Assembly: GCA_965242525.1 (NCBI GenBank)
Contig: OZ251459.1
Span: forward strand, 2,112,001-2,176,000
Origin: an uncultured Candidatus Binatia bacterium
Lineage (GTDB): Bacteria; Desulfobacterota; Binatia; UBA9968; JAJDTQ01
DNA: 64,000 nt
Reading direction: 5' to 3'
Under the pieces are notes generated by a model that was not told where the DNA came from, searched no databases, and saw nothing but the letters and a program-made list of their open reading frames with translations. This document shows positions 32,504-41,565 of this stretch, piece by piece. The position numbers and the translations under genes are program-made. Positions within the stretch are counted from its first letter, which is position 1. Every line of letters starts with the position of its first letter.

Positions 32504-33589
32504 ATGTTGCTCATCGACAACGAGACCGTAGAGGAAATCCTCGACATGAAGGGGTGCATCGCGGCCCTGGAGACCGGCTACCGGGACCTGCTGGCGCAGC
32601 GTGCGGTGTACCGGCCCCGCATCGACCTGTACGTGCCCCAGGAAGAGCCCCACCGGATGTACCGTTGGGGCACCATGGAGGGCGCCAGCCGTTCCTTCGG
32701 GGTCTTCGCCATCCGCATGAAGTCCGACATGCTGGAGTGGCCCGAGGGCCGAACCGTGGAGAAATACTGCATGGAGCCCGGGACCTACTGCGGCCTCGTG
32801 CTGGTCTTCTCCGCGCAGAACGCCGAACCCCTGGCCATCATCAACGACGGCGTCATCCAGCACATGCGGGTGGGCGCCTGCGCCGGCCTCGCGGCCCGGT
32901 ACCTGGCCCGGGAGGACGCATCGGTGGTGGGGATGCTGGGCTCCGGCGGCATGGCGGAGACCTACCTCCGGGCCTTCGCCGAAGTCCGGGAACTCCGGGA
33001 GGTCAAGGTCTATAGCCCCACCCCCGCCAACCGGGAAGCCTATGCGCGCAAGATGAACGAACTCCTCGGCATACCCGTGACCCCGCGCGAGACCGTGGAG
33101 GAAGTGGTGCGGGGCTCGGACATGGTGGCCACCTGCACCGATTCGGTCAGGGTGGTGGTAGAAGAACCCGGATGGGTGGAGGACGGCGCCTTCCTCACCT
33201 GCGTCCGCAGCAACGAATGGAACCCGAAGGTCCTCGACCGCTGCGGCCTCACCGTCAAGCTCGGGCGCGGCACCATCCATACTCTGGACGAAGGCATGCA
33301 GCGCATCGCCGGGTACGCCTCCTACGTGGCCGGCAGCGACCGCGAGACCGCCCGCATCGTCGCTCCCGGAGTCGATCTGTTCGCCGGCCAGTACCCCTTG
33401 CTCACCGAGGTCATGGACGGCGCCGCCCCGGGCCGGAGCAACGATTCGCAGGTGGCCTTCTTCCTGAACGACGGCACCCAGGGACTGCAATTCGCCTCGG
33501 TGGCAGGCTACGTGGTGCACCGGGCGCGGGATCTCGGGGCGGGCCGGGAGATCCCCAGGGAATGGTTCACCCAGGACATACGCGATTAG
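32504..33589 (+). CDS. Ornithine cyclodeaminase/mu-crystallin family protein
   Basis: MRVGACAG..LARED..LGSGGMA Rossmann motif; VATCTDS; GLQFASVA. Confidence 0.88.
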   Translation: MLLIDNETVEEILDMKGCIAALETGYRDLLAQRAVYRPRIDLYVPQEEPHRMYRWGTMEGASRSFGVFAIRMKSDMLEWPEGRTVEKYCMEPGTYCGLVLVFSAQNAEPLAIINDGVIQHMRVGACAGLAARYLAREDASVVGMLGSGGMAETYLRAFAEVRELREVKVYSPTPANREAYARKMNELLGIPVTPRETVEEVVRGSDMVATCTDSVRVVVEEPGWVEDGAFLTCVRSNEWNPKVLDRCGLTVKLGRGTIHTLDEGMQRIAGYASYVAGSDRETARIVAPGVDLFAGQYPLLTEVMDGAAPGRSNDSQVAFFLNDGTQGLQFASVAGYVVHRARDLGAGREIPREWFTQDIRD

Positions 33590-33637
33590 CCGTACGGAAA
33601 CTCTCGCGGGGGAACGGCAATCCAGGGAGAGAGACTC

Positions 33638-34627
33638 ATGCTCAAGGTGATTCCGGTGGAAGAAGCGGTGGGGATGCGCCTGGCCCACGACATTACCGAG
33701 ATCATACCGGGGGGCCACAAGGGTCCCCGGTTCAAGCGGGGGCACCTGATCGCCCAAGAGGACGTGCCAAGGCTGCTGGACGTGGGCAAGGCCCACATCT
33801 ACATCATGGAGCTGGCCCCGGACGAACTGCACGAAGAAGACGCCGCCCTCCGGCTGGCCCGGGCCGCCGCGGGAGGCGGCCTCAGGCTCTCGGACCCGAG
33901 CGAGGGCCGGGTCAACCTGGTGGCGGAAGGGGACGGACTGCTGGAGGTGGACCAGGATCGGCTGTTCCGCTTCAACGAGTTGGGGGACCTGATCCTGGCT
34001 ACGCTGCGTTCGGGGGAGTTCGTCCGGGAAGGCACGGTGGTGGGAGGCACGCGCACCATCCCGGTGGTGGTGAAGGAAGACTTGGCGGCCCGGGCCGAAG
34101 CCCTGTGCAAGGACGGGCCCATCGTATCAGTGGCGGCCATGCCCGCACGGAAGGTCTTCCTGCTGGTGACCGGAAGCGAGGTCTTCACCGGCCGCATCGT
34201 GGACGGCTTCGAGCCGGTGGTGCGCAAGAAGGTGGAGCGCATGGGCTCGACCCTGGAGCCCGCGGTCCTGGCCCCGGACGACCCGGACGTCATCGCCGGC
34301 CACATCCGGGAGTTCGCCGCCGGGGGCGCCGACGTCATCCTGGTGAGCGGCGGCATGTCCGTGGACCCTGACGACCTCACCCCCGAAGGCATCCGCCGAA
34401 GCGGCGCGGACGTGGTGTCCCACGGCTTCCCGGTGCTCCCCGGGTCCATGTTCCTCATGAGCTACCTGGGAGACGTGCCGGTCCTCGGCCTGTCCGGGTG
34501 CGTCCTCCACGACCCGATCACCGTCTTCGATTTCATGCTGCCCAAACTGCTGGCGGGCGCCCGTGTCACCCGCTGCGGCATCCTGCGCATGGGCCACGGC
34601 GGACTCCAGAAGAAGCACGACCACTGA
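33638..34627 (+). CDS. Molybdopterin-binding protein (MoeA-like, MoCF_biosynth domain)
   Basis: AVGMRLAHDITEI..FKRGH, EGRVNL, TGSEV, GGMSVDPDDLTP, PVLPGSM. Confidence 0.88.
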   Translation: MLKVIPVEEAVGMRLAHDITEIIPGGHKGPRFKRGHLIAQEDVPRLLDVGKAHIYIMELAPDELHEEDAALRLARAAAGGGLRLSDPSEGRVNLVAEGDGLLEVDQDRLFRFNELGDLILATLRSGEFVREGTVVGGTRTIPVVVKEDLAARAEALCKDGPIVSVAAMPARKVFLLVTGSEVFTGRIVDGFEPVVRKKVERMGSTLEPAVLAPDDPDVIAGHIREFAAGGADVILVSGGMSVDPDDLTPEGIRRSGADVVSHGFPVLPGSMFLMSYLGDVPVLGLSGCVLHDPITVFDFMLPKLLAGARVTRCGILRMGHGGLQKKHDH

Positions 34628-34645
34628 CACCGGACAGGCGTCAAC

Positions 34646-34672
34646 AAACGTCAATACATCGTATTGACGTTT
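34646..34672. promoter_or_regulatory. Perfect 12-bp inverted repeat, probable operator overlapping a -35 element
   Basis: AAACGTCAATAC-ATC-GTATTGACGTTT; contains TTGACG; ends 27 bp before the RHH gene start. Confidence 0.7.
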
Positions 34673-34699
34673 ACCCGTGTTTCCTGTATCCAACTCATC

Positions 34700-35191
34700 G
34701 TGGCGAAGACTGGACAGTTGCAGGTTCGCGTCAGTGCGGACGAGAGGGAGCGTATCAGGCAGCGCGCGGAAAACGCGGGCATGACCGTATCCGAATGGGT
34801 GCTCAGGCAGTTGCTGCCGCCCGTCGAGGATGAGTTCCAGGGGCTTTGCCTCGGTCTTGCGGAGCGGCCCGAATTCCGCACCCACGCCCTGGCCCATCTC
34901 CATGACTTCTTCCGGCGTCTGGGCGAACGGGAATTCTCCCTGGCCGTGCGGTACCCGCCGCAGGTGGAGTTGGCGCCGTTCGAGGCAAATTACGTGGCGG
35001 CGATGGTGGAGTACGCCGCGGTCCTCAAGGGGGCGCCGATGCCGGATTGGACCCGGGACGTGCCGCCCCTGGAGACGCCCTGGTTCGCCGCCCCCGAACG
35101 GAGCTTGCGGCTGCATCTGCTCACGCAGTCGCCGCCGCCGTTCCGCCGGCGCAACCTGTTCGTGGACGCCAGCGTCGGGAGCCGGGCATGA
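34700..35191 (+). CDS. RHH (MobA/DUF1778-like) DNA-binding protein, putative antitoxin partner of the nucleotidyltransferase
   Basis: GQLQVRVSADERERIRQRAENAGMTVSEWV; C-terminal W..PWF..SPPPFRRRNLFV; ATGA overlap with next gene. Confidence 0.7.
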   Translation: MAKTGQLQVRVSADERERIRQRAENAGMTVSEWVLRQLLPPVEDEFQGLCLGLAERPEFRTHALAHLHDFFRRLGEREFSLAVRYPPQVELAPFEANYVAAMVEYAAVLKGAPMPDWTRDVPPLETPWFAAPERSLRLHLLTQSPPPFRRRNLFVDASVGSRA

Positions 35192-35754
35192 CGCCGCTGG
35201 CCCGAGAGGACATCCTCCGTTTGCTGCAACGGCTGAACGACGAGTTGGCGCGCGATGGCGTGTGCGGGGAACTCTACCTGGTCGGGGGCGCGGTGTTGTG
35301 CCTTGCCTTCGACGCTCGCCGGACGACGGTGGACCTCGACGGGTTCTTTCGTCCATCGCGCGAGATGCGTACGGCCGCGCGACGAGTCGCCGCGGCCGAA
35401 GGGCTGAACGACGACTGGCTGAACGACAGCGCCAAGGGGTTTCTCAGTAGCAAGGGGGACTTCCGACAACATCTGGCGCTGTCCAACCTGCGCGTGCTCA
35501 CGGCCAGCCCGGAATACCTGCTGGCGATGAAGTGTCTGGCCATGCGCCTCGGCGGAGAGTTCCACGACCGGGAGGACGTCAGGTTCCTGCTCCGTTACCT
35601 GAACGTCACGCAGCAGGACGCAGCCCTGGAGATGGTGAGCCGCTACTACCCGCCGGAAAAGATCCCGCAGAAGACGTTCTACGCGCTCGCGGAAATGGTC
35701 GAAGACCTGGCGGCAGCACAGGGTGTTGCACCCGCTTCGACCGGCAAGTGTTGA
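35188..35754 (+). CDS. Pol-beta superfamily nucleotidyltransferase (DUF6036/AbiEii-like)
   Basis: LYLVGGAV..RRTTVDLD, WLND, YLLAMK..R..D.ED motifs. Confidence 0.8.
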   Translation: MTPLAREDILRLLQRLNDELARDGVCGELYLVGGAVLCLAFDARRTTVDLDGFFRPSREMRTAARRVAAAEGLNDDWLNDSAKGFLSSKGDFRQHLALSNLRVLTASPEYLLAMKCLAMRLGGEFHDREDVRFLLRYLNVTQQDAALEMVSRYYPPEKIPQKTFYALAEMVEDLAAAQGVAPASTGKC

Positions 35755-35863
35755 TACTCCGTCAGGTGTAGAGCGTCGTCCGACTACAAGGGTCCGAAAG
35801 GCCGAAGTAGTAGGCGGGCCCGTCCCGTTGAACGGGTCCCTGCGATGCAACCCGGGGCCGAGG

Positions 35864-35872
35864 TGCTATACT
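35864..35872 (+). promoter_or_regulatory. Extended -10 promoter (TGcTATACT); probable near-leaderless transcript
   Basis: TGN-TATACT ends 10 bp before the ATG at 35883; no SD sequence seen. Confidence 0.45.
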
Positions 35873-35882
35873 GTTTGTCGCC

Positions 35883-37475
35883 ATGCGCTTCTTCAACACG
35901 TCGGGCCCCGTGGTCGCCGAAGACCACTACCGCATCCCGCCGCTGCAACGGGTGGATCTGGGCGAGGTCCTGGAGTTGATCCGGAGCAAGCGCTACTTCG
36001 TGCTCCATGCCCCCCGACAGACCGGCAAGACCTCCGTCCTGCTCGCCTTGCGGGACCTGCTGAACAGCGGCGCGGAGGGGGATTTCCGTTGCGTTTACGG
36101 AAACGTCGAGGCCGGTCAGGCTGCCCGGGAGGACGTGGGAGAGGCCATGCGCGCCGTCCTGGGCGAACTGGCGTCCAGGGCACTATCCTTGCACGACGAG
36201 TTCCCGGACGGCGCTTGGCCCGACATCCTCGCAAGGTCGGGTCCCCACGGAGCTCTCGGAGAGACCTTGACCCGCTGGTGTCGGGCGGACCCTCGCCCTC
36301 TGGTGCTGCTCATGGACGAGGTCGATTCCCTGGTGGGCGACACGCTCATCTCCGTGCTCCGCCAGTTGCGCGCAGGCTACGACCGGCGTCCCGAGGAGTT
36401 TCCGCACAGCGTGGTGTTGTGCGGCGTGCGTGACGTGCGCGACTACCGCATCCGGTCGAGCTCGGAGAACGCGGTGGTGGCCGGGGGCAGCGCGTTCAAC
36501 ATCAAGGCCGAATCCCTGCGCCTCGGGGACTTCACGGAAGCCGAAGTGCGCGCGCTGCTCAGCCAGCACACCACGGAGACCGGGCAGGCGTTCACCCCGG
36601 CGGCGCTGGATGCGGTCTGGCGGCAGACCCGCGGGCAGCCGTGGCTGGTCAACGCGCTCTGCCACCAGGCCTGCTTCCGCAACGAGGCCGGGCGCGACCG
36701 CTCCCACGCCATCACCCACGACGACGTCCTCGACGCCCAGGAACAACTCATCCTGCGCCGGGAGACCCACCTCGACCAACTCGCCGACAAGCTCCGGGAA
36801 GACCGCGTCCGCCGGGTGGTGGAGCCGCTGCTGACCGGCGGCGAGCCCCGGTACGGTTCGCGGGACCTGGAGTACGTGCGCGACCTGGGCTTGGTCACAC
36901 GGGAGTCCCCGCCGCGCATGGCCAACCCCATCTACGCCGAGGTGGTGCCGCGGGAACTGTCCCACGTGGTCCAGGACAGCCTGGAACAGGAAGTGGCCTG
37001 GTACGTGGACGCCGAGGGCGGCCTCGACATGGACAAGCTGCTCGCCGCCTTCCAGACGTTCTTCCGGGAACACTCGGAACACTGGCTGGGGCGCTTCGAC
37101 TACGCCGAAGCCGGTCCGCAACTCATCCTGCAGGCATTCCTCCAGCGGGTCGTGAACAGCGACGGCCGCGTCGAGCGGGAATACGGCCTGGGAAGGGGAC
37201 GAACCGACCTGCTCATCCTCTGGCCCCGGAAAGGCCGGGAAGCACCGGAACCCGCCGTGGACAAGTTCGTCATCGAGTGCAAGGTCCTGCACAAGAGCCT
37301 GGAGCAGAGCATCCGCGAAGGCCTGGAGCAGACCGCGGGCTACATGGACCGTTGCGCCGCCCAGGCCGGCCACTTGGTGGTCTTCGACCGAAACCCGGAC
37401 AGGCAGTGGGACGAAAAGATCTTCCGCCGGGACGAGTCCGTGGACGGGCGGGCGGTTACCGTGTGGGGGATGTAG
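35883..37475 (+). CDS. AAA-like ATPase with C-terminal PD-(D/E)XK nuclease domain
   Basis: FFNTSGP, HAPRQTGKTS, LMDEVD, GQPWLVN, EREYGLGRGRTDL..FVIECK. Confidence 0.88.
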   Translation: MRFFNTSGPVVAEDHYRIPPLQRVDLGEVLELIRSKRYFVLHAPRQTGKTSVLLALRDLLNSGAEGDFRCVYGNVEAGQAAREDVGEAMRAVLGELASRALSLHDEFPDGAWPDILARSGPHGALGETLTRWCRADPRPLVLLMDEVDSLVGDTLISVLRQLRAGYDRRPEEFPHSVVLCGVRDVRDYRIRSSSENAVVAGGSAFNIKAESLRLGDFTEAEVRALLSQHTTETGQAFTPAALDAVWRQTRGQPWLVNALCHQACFRNEAGRDRSHAITHDDVLDAQEQLILRRETHLDQLADKLREDRVRRVVEPLLTGGEPRYGSRDLEYVRDLGLVTRESPPRMANPIYAEVVPRELSHVVQDSLEQEVAWYVDAEGGLDMDKLLAAFQTFFREHSEHWLGRFDYAEAGPQLILQAFLQRVVNSDGRVEREYGLGRGRTDLLILWPRKGREAPEPAVDKFVIECKVLHKSLEQSIREGLEQTAGYMDRCAAQAGHLVVFDRNPDRQWDEKIFRRDESVDGRAVTVWGM

Positions 37476-37508
37476 ATATCGAGAGGTCAACACAATGACC
37501 GACAGGTA

Positions 37509-37537
37509 TTGACACTTCACGGAGTATGGAGTATAGG
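37509..37537 (+). promoter_or_regulatory. Putative sigma70 promoter of the six-gene island operon
   Basis: TTGACA(37509)-17 bp-TATAGG(37532); AGGAG RBS at 37574 before GTG 37586. Confidence 0.55.
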
Positions 37538-37585
37538 CCCCGACTAACTGATGCTTGGCCGCTTTCCCATGACAGGAGTTGTACC

Positions 37586-38620
37586 GTGACAGAACACCAC
37601 AAAATGCTCGAGGTGAATCAAATTGACTTCGACACTGAAAATCCCAGGATAAAAATGGCGTTGGAGAAATACGGTAGCCGTCTGAATGCCGAGCGCATTC
37701 ATTTTGCCTTGCGCTCCGCTACCGAAGGTTCCAGCGGTACTTCGTCCTACTCCAGCCTGAGAGATTCAATACGCTCTAGTCATGGGGTCATCGCGCCAAT
37801 CATCGTAAGACCTAAAGGCCACAGCTACGTCTGCATCGACGGAAATACCCGCCTGGCGATCTACAAACAGTTTCAAAGAGAAGAAATAGAAGGAGATTGG
37901 AGCAAAATCAAAGCCATTGTTCTCGATCATGCCGAACAGCGCGATATCGAAACCGTCCGTGTATCGGCACACCTGGTTGGCGCCCGAGAATGGCCTGCCT
38001 ACGAAAAGGCAAGGTATCTTCATTATCTCCGTAATCAGCAGTGTATGGATTACAGCGAAATGATAGCTCTCTGTGGCGGCAACAAAAACGAGATCGAACG
38101 TCAGATCGACGCATACCACGACATGAACTCATATTACCGAGATAAGGTGGACGACACCGCTTTTCGTATCGACCGTTATAGCGGATTCGTAGAACTTCAA
38201 CGGCCGCAGGTCAAGCAAGCCATTTTTGACGCAGAATTGGACCTAGAGGATTTTGGCGAGTGGATCCGCGATGGCAAAATATACCGCTTGGAGGATGTCC
38301 GCAAGTTGCCGAAAATCCTTCGAGACGATGAAGCCAAGCGGGTTTTCCTTGAAGGTGGACCTCGCTCAATAGAAGACGCCATGAAGGTTCTCGATCAGAG
38401 AACAGGGATCGGGGACTCTACGGACAAGGGGCAGACCAGAGTAGAACATGCCACCATCTACGAACTCGCGGACGCGCTCAGCCGGCGAATCAATGACATG
38501 CCCTATTCGCAAGTACGGGAATTGCGGGAGAAGACTGACGACGACACGGCAGATCAAATTACGCGATTAGAAGATCTATCCGTCAGGCTACGTAATTTGC
38601 TGAACGATGTCACAGAGTGA
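37586..38620 (+). CDS. ParB/Srx N-terminal domain protein (island gene 1)
   Basis: FDTENPRI..LRDSI...IAPIIV..YVCIDGNTRL..WPAYEKA; RBS supports GTG 37586 (alternative ATG 37526). Confidence 0.8.
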   Translation: MTEHHKMLEVNQIDFDTENPRIKMALEKYGSRLNAERIHFALRSATEGSSGTSSYSSLRDSIRSSHGVIAPIIVRPKGHSYVCIDGNTRLAIYKQFQREEIEGDWSKIKAIVLDHAEQRDIETVRVSAHLVGAREWPAYEKARYLHYLRNQQCMDYSEMIALCGGNKNEIERQIDAYHDMNSYYRDKVDDTAFRIDRYSGFVELQRPQVKQAIFDAELDLEDFGEWIRDGKIYRLEDVRKLPKILRDDEAKRVFLEGGPRSIEDAMKVLDQRTGIGDSTDKGQTRVEHATIYELADALSRRINDMPYSQVRELREKTDDDTADQITRLEDLSVRLRNLLNDVTE

Positions 38621-39050
38621 AACACACAGAAACCTGGTCCTCCAGGTCGCAAGAGCAATTGAGGACCGTTATGCCCAAATATCCGTCATTACCGATTTGC
38701 AGCAGAACCCTGGAGATACAGTGCCACCAATGATCTGCGGCCACCGCCCTGATGTTTACGCCTACGAAGAAGTACAGCGCCTCTGCATCGTTGCAGAGGC
38801 CAAGACCGATTCGGACCTCGACAATCTTCATACGCAACGCCAGTTGATGGCCTTTATCAACTATCTTAGCGACAGAGAAAAGAGCTTGTTCATCTTGTCG
38901 GTAAAGGGCACCAAGTCCGACCACGGGAAGACTCTGCTGCGGTTCACTCATCGACTTCTGGCTGTAAAGAACGTGCCTCTTGAAATTTTCGATGGTCATG
39001 ATTTCTGGTCCTTCAACCTACAGGACGAAACTACGTGGCATTTACTTTGA
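38607..39050 (+). CDS. Small PD-(D/E)XK-like (restriction endonuclease fold) protein (island gene 2)
   Basis: RPDVYA....IVAEAKT..D....HT..QL pattern; overlaps both neighbours. Confidence 0.65.
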   Translation: MSQSETHRNLVLQVARAIEDRYAQISVITDLQQNPGDTVPPMICGHRPDVYAYEEVQRLCIVAEAKTDSDLDNLHTQRQLMAFINYLSDREKSLFILSVKGTKSDHGKTLLRFTHRLLAVKNVPLEIFDGHDFWSFNLQDETTWHLL

Positions 39051-40534
39051 GAAAACCACCCAGCCTGGTGGCAAGACACGAAGCCTATGCCTATCAGCTC
39101 GATGCTTTAAGAGCCGTAAAGGCGCTTCCTTATGCCGCCATATTCCACGAGCAAGGGCTCGGTAAAACAAAGATAGCTATTGACTTGATGTTGCTGTGGC
39201 TATCCAATGACTTAGTGGACACTGTATTTGTGATTACAAAAAAGAGCTTGGTTCAAAATTGGTTTGATGAACTTACCTCTCACTCATACGTAACTCCTCG
39301 AATTCTTTCCGATAACCGTCGCGAGAACAGCCTCGCACTAAACTCACCTGTATTGATCTATATTATGAACTACGAAGCAATCTCGGCAAATCTTCATTTG
39401 ATCGAGGATTTTCTCATTACCTGTAGGGTTGGCGCAATCCTTGACGAAAGTCACAAGATCAAAAACCCGCAAGCAAGGGCATCGATCTGCCTTCACTCTA
39501 TCGCCGACAAATTCTCGCGTAAGGTGATAATGACGGGAACGCCAGTGGCGAACCGTCCTTATGATCTTTGGTCGCAAGTCAAGTTTTTGGACGGAGGACA
39601 GTCTCTCGGGTCTTCTTTTGCTGATTTCAAAGCAACCTTTGATCTTCCCGGTCAGCCAAGTTGCACACAGGAATACAGTGAACGACTATCCAATATCATT
39701 GACAAGATTAGACATTTCTCGGTGCGAGAGACAAAGCGTACCGTAGAATTGAGCCTACCCGACAAGACAATACTAACTCATTTCGTGAACATGGCGCCTC
39801 GCCAAGCGGTAATATATGACTCCTACGTGACCGAAGCGGCCTACGAGATCAACCTTGGGGACGACCTGATTCTGGACAACGCCGAAGACATCCTGAAACG
39901 CCTGTTACGCCTGGTGGAGTGCGCCTCTAATCCTTTCTTGGTTGACAAGAGATACTCTGAGGTGCCAGGGAAGTTCTCCGAACTCTTGAAGCTTCTCCAG
40001 GAAATTGACTTACGAGCACATAAAGTGGTTTTGTGGACAGGGTTTGTTGATAATGTAGAATGGATAACTGCCCAATTGAAGGAGTTTTCGCCCTTGAAGG
40101 TTCATGGTCGTATGTCCATTGAGCAACGGAACCAGTCCATAAGCAGATTCAAAACCCACCAGAAACACCGTGTCTTTGTAGCCACGCCTGGCTCTGCAAA
40201 GGAAGGCTTAACTTTGACAGTAGCCAATCATGCTGTTTTCTACGATCGAAGCTTCAGTCTTGATGATTACCTCCAGGCGCAAGACCGAATTCATAGAATC
40301 TCTCAAACTGAAGACTGCTATGTACACAACTTGATCGCCAAACAAACCGTGGATGAGTGGGTGGATGCTTTGCTAAACGCAAAACATATCGCTGCACAGC
40401 TATCTCAAGGTGATATTTCTCAAGCTGAGTTTGAGTCTTCCTTTACCTTCAATTTAGCCGAAATACTGGCAGACATATTAACTTCCAGGTCGCTCGCTTC
40501 CAGGAGTCAGGAGAACGGAAAATGGCCGAAATAA
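39035..40534 (+). CDS. SNF2-family SF2 helicase (island gene 3)
   Basis: HEQGLGKT, ILDESHKIKN, MTGTPVAN, EGLTLT, QAQDRIHRISQ. Confidence 0.9.
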   Translation: MAFTLRKPPSLVARHEAYAYQLDALRAVKALPYAAIFHEQGLGKTKIAIDLMLLWLSNDLVDTVFVITKKSLVQNWFDELTSHSYVTPRILSDNRRENSLALNSPVLIYIMNYEAISANLHLIEDFLITCRVGAILDESHKIKNPQARASICLHSIADKFSRKVIMTGTPVANRPYDLWSQVKFLDGGQSLGSSFADFKATFDLPGQPSCTQEYSERLSNIIDKIRHFSVRETKRTVELSLPDKTILTHFVNMAPRQAVIYDSYVTEAAYEINLGDDLILDNAEDILKRLLRLVECASNPFLVDKRYSEVPGKFSELLKLLQEIDLRAHKVVLWTGFVDNVEWITAQLKEFSPLKVHGRMSIEQRNQSISRFKTHQKHRVFVATPGSAKEGLTLTVANHAVFYDRSFSLDDYLQAQDRIHRISQTEDCYVHNLIAKQTVDEWVDALLNAKHIAAQLSQGDISQAEFESSFTFNLAEILADILTSRSLASRSQENGKWPK

Positions 40535-41565
40535 AGATCCTCAAGGAATCGGTGCAGGTAGTCAAGGAAGACTATGTGCATATCTACGAACTGAAGTTCC
40601 TGAAAGACAACCCTCGCGTATACGCGTGTACACATGAGTACCCGAATTTCGATGACTTGATGGAAGAGCAACAGCAAGACGTCATTTTCGATAAACTAAA
40701 GGAAGAGACGAGCGTCAAAAATCTCCGTCCTGAGATAGAACGGCATGGGGGCCTTATGGAGCCGATACTGGTTCGGCTCGATACACGCCAAGTCATTGAA
40801 GGCAATTCTCGCCTCGCTGTATACCGCCTGCTGTACGAAGGGACGAGGGAGAGCGACTGGGAATATATTCCGTGCAGCATGGTAAGTGGGCTAACAGAGC
40901 GTCAACAGGCCGCTTTTCTCAACGAAGTCCATGTGAAGGGCAAGACTCAATGGTCCCCCTACGAAAAGGCCAACTTCGCCTATGTCCGCAGGGAACGAGG
41001 TTGGAGTCTCAGTGACATCGCCGAACTTTTCGGAGAGTCAGTAAATACGATTAGAACCCGAGTAAAGGTCATTGAAACCATGAAAGGGAACTCGGATGGC
41101 ACAAAATCTCATTTCAGTCATTACGATGTACTAGTTCGAATACCTGCTATAGAGAAGGAGCTTTCTCAAAATGACGAGCTGCGCAATCTTCTTTACGCGG
41201 AGATCAAGAAGATCGATCCCAGAGACGACAAGAGCGCGAATGAGGACGAAACTGGCGAAGAGGACGAAAGCGGTTTCACCGCGCAGGAACTCAGGAGGAA
41301 ACTGCCCGCGATCATCGAGAAACCTAAGGTTTTGCGAAAATATATCGAAGGTGAAATAGATTTGGACGAAGGCTACCAGCGTGCGAAGATCAGCAACGCG
41401 GAAACCCGAGTTCGGAAAGCAAAAGGACTTTTGGAGGACGTTTCTCGAGAAGAGGTGACAAGGCTCGAACAGAATCGCTTCAATGCGTTCAAACAGGATG
41501 TACGGAGGATATCCCGCGTAGTGGAGCGCCTCAATGAGATCACAAAGGACCGTGAGACACCATGA
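40522..41565 (+). CDS. Second ParB/Srx domain protein (island gene 4)
   Basis: FLKDNPRV..GGLMEPILV..VIEGNSRL..WSPYEKA followed by an HTH-like segment. Confidence 0.8.
   Translation: MAEIKILKESVQVVKEDYVHIYELKFLKDNPRVYACTHEYPNFDDLMEEQQQDVIFDKLKEETSVKNLRPEIERHGGLMEPILVRLDTRQVIEGNSRLAVYRLLYEGTRESDWEYIPCSMVSGLTERQQAAFLNEVHVKGKTQWSPYEKANFAYVRRERGWSLSDIAELFGESVNTIRTRVKVIETMKGNSDGTKSHFSHYDVLVRIPAIEKELSQNDELRNLLYAEIKKIDPRDDKSANEDETGEEDESGFTAQELRRKLPAIIEKPKVLRKYIEGEIDLDEGYQRAKISNAETRVRKAKGLLEDVSREEVTRLEQNRFNAFKQDVRRISRVVERLNEITKDRETP

Noticed and set aside
35780-35840. Hairpin ACTAC-AAG-GGTCC-GAAA-GGCC-GAA-GTAGT resembling hammerhead ribozyme stem II
   Set aside because: The conserved CUGANGA core is absent; at most a generic stem-loop.
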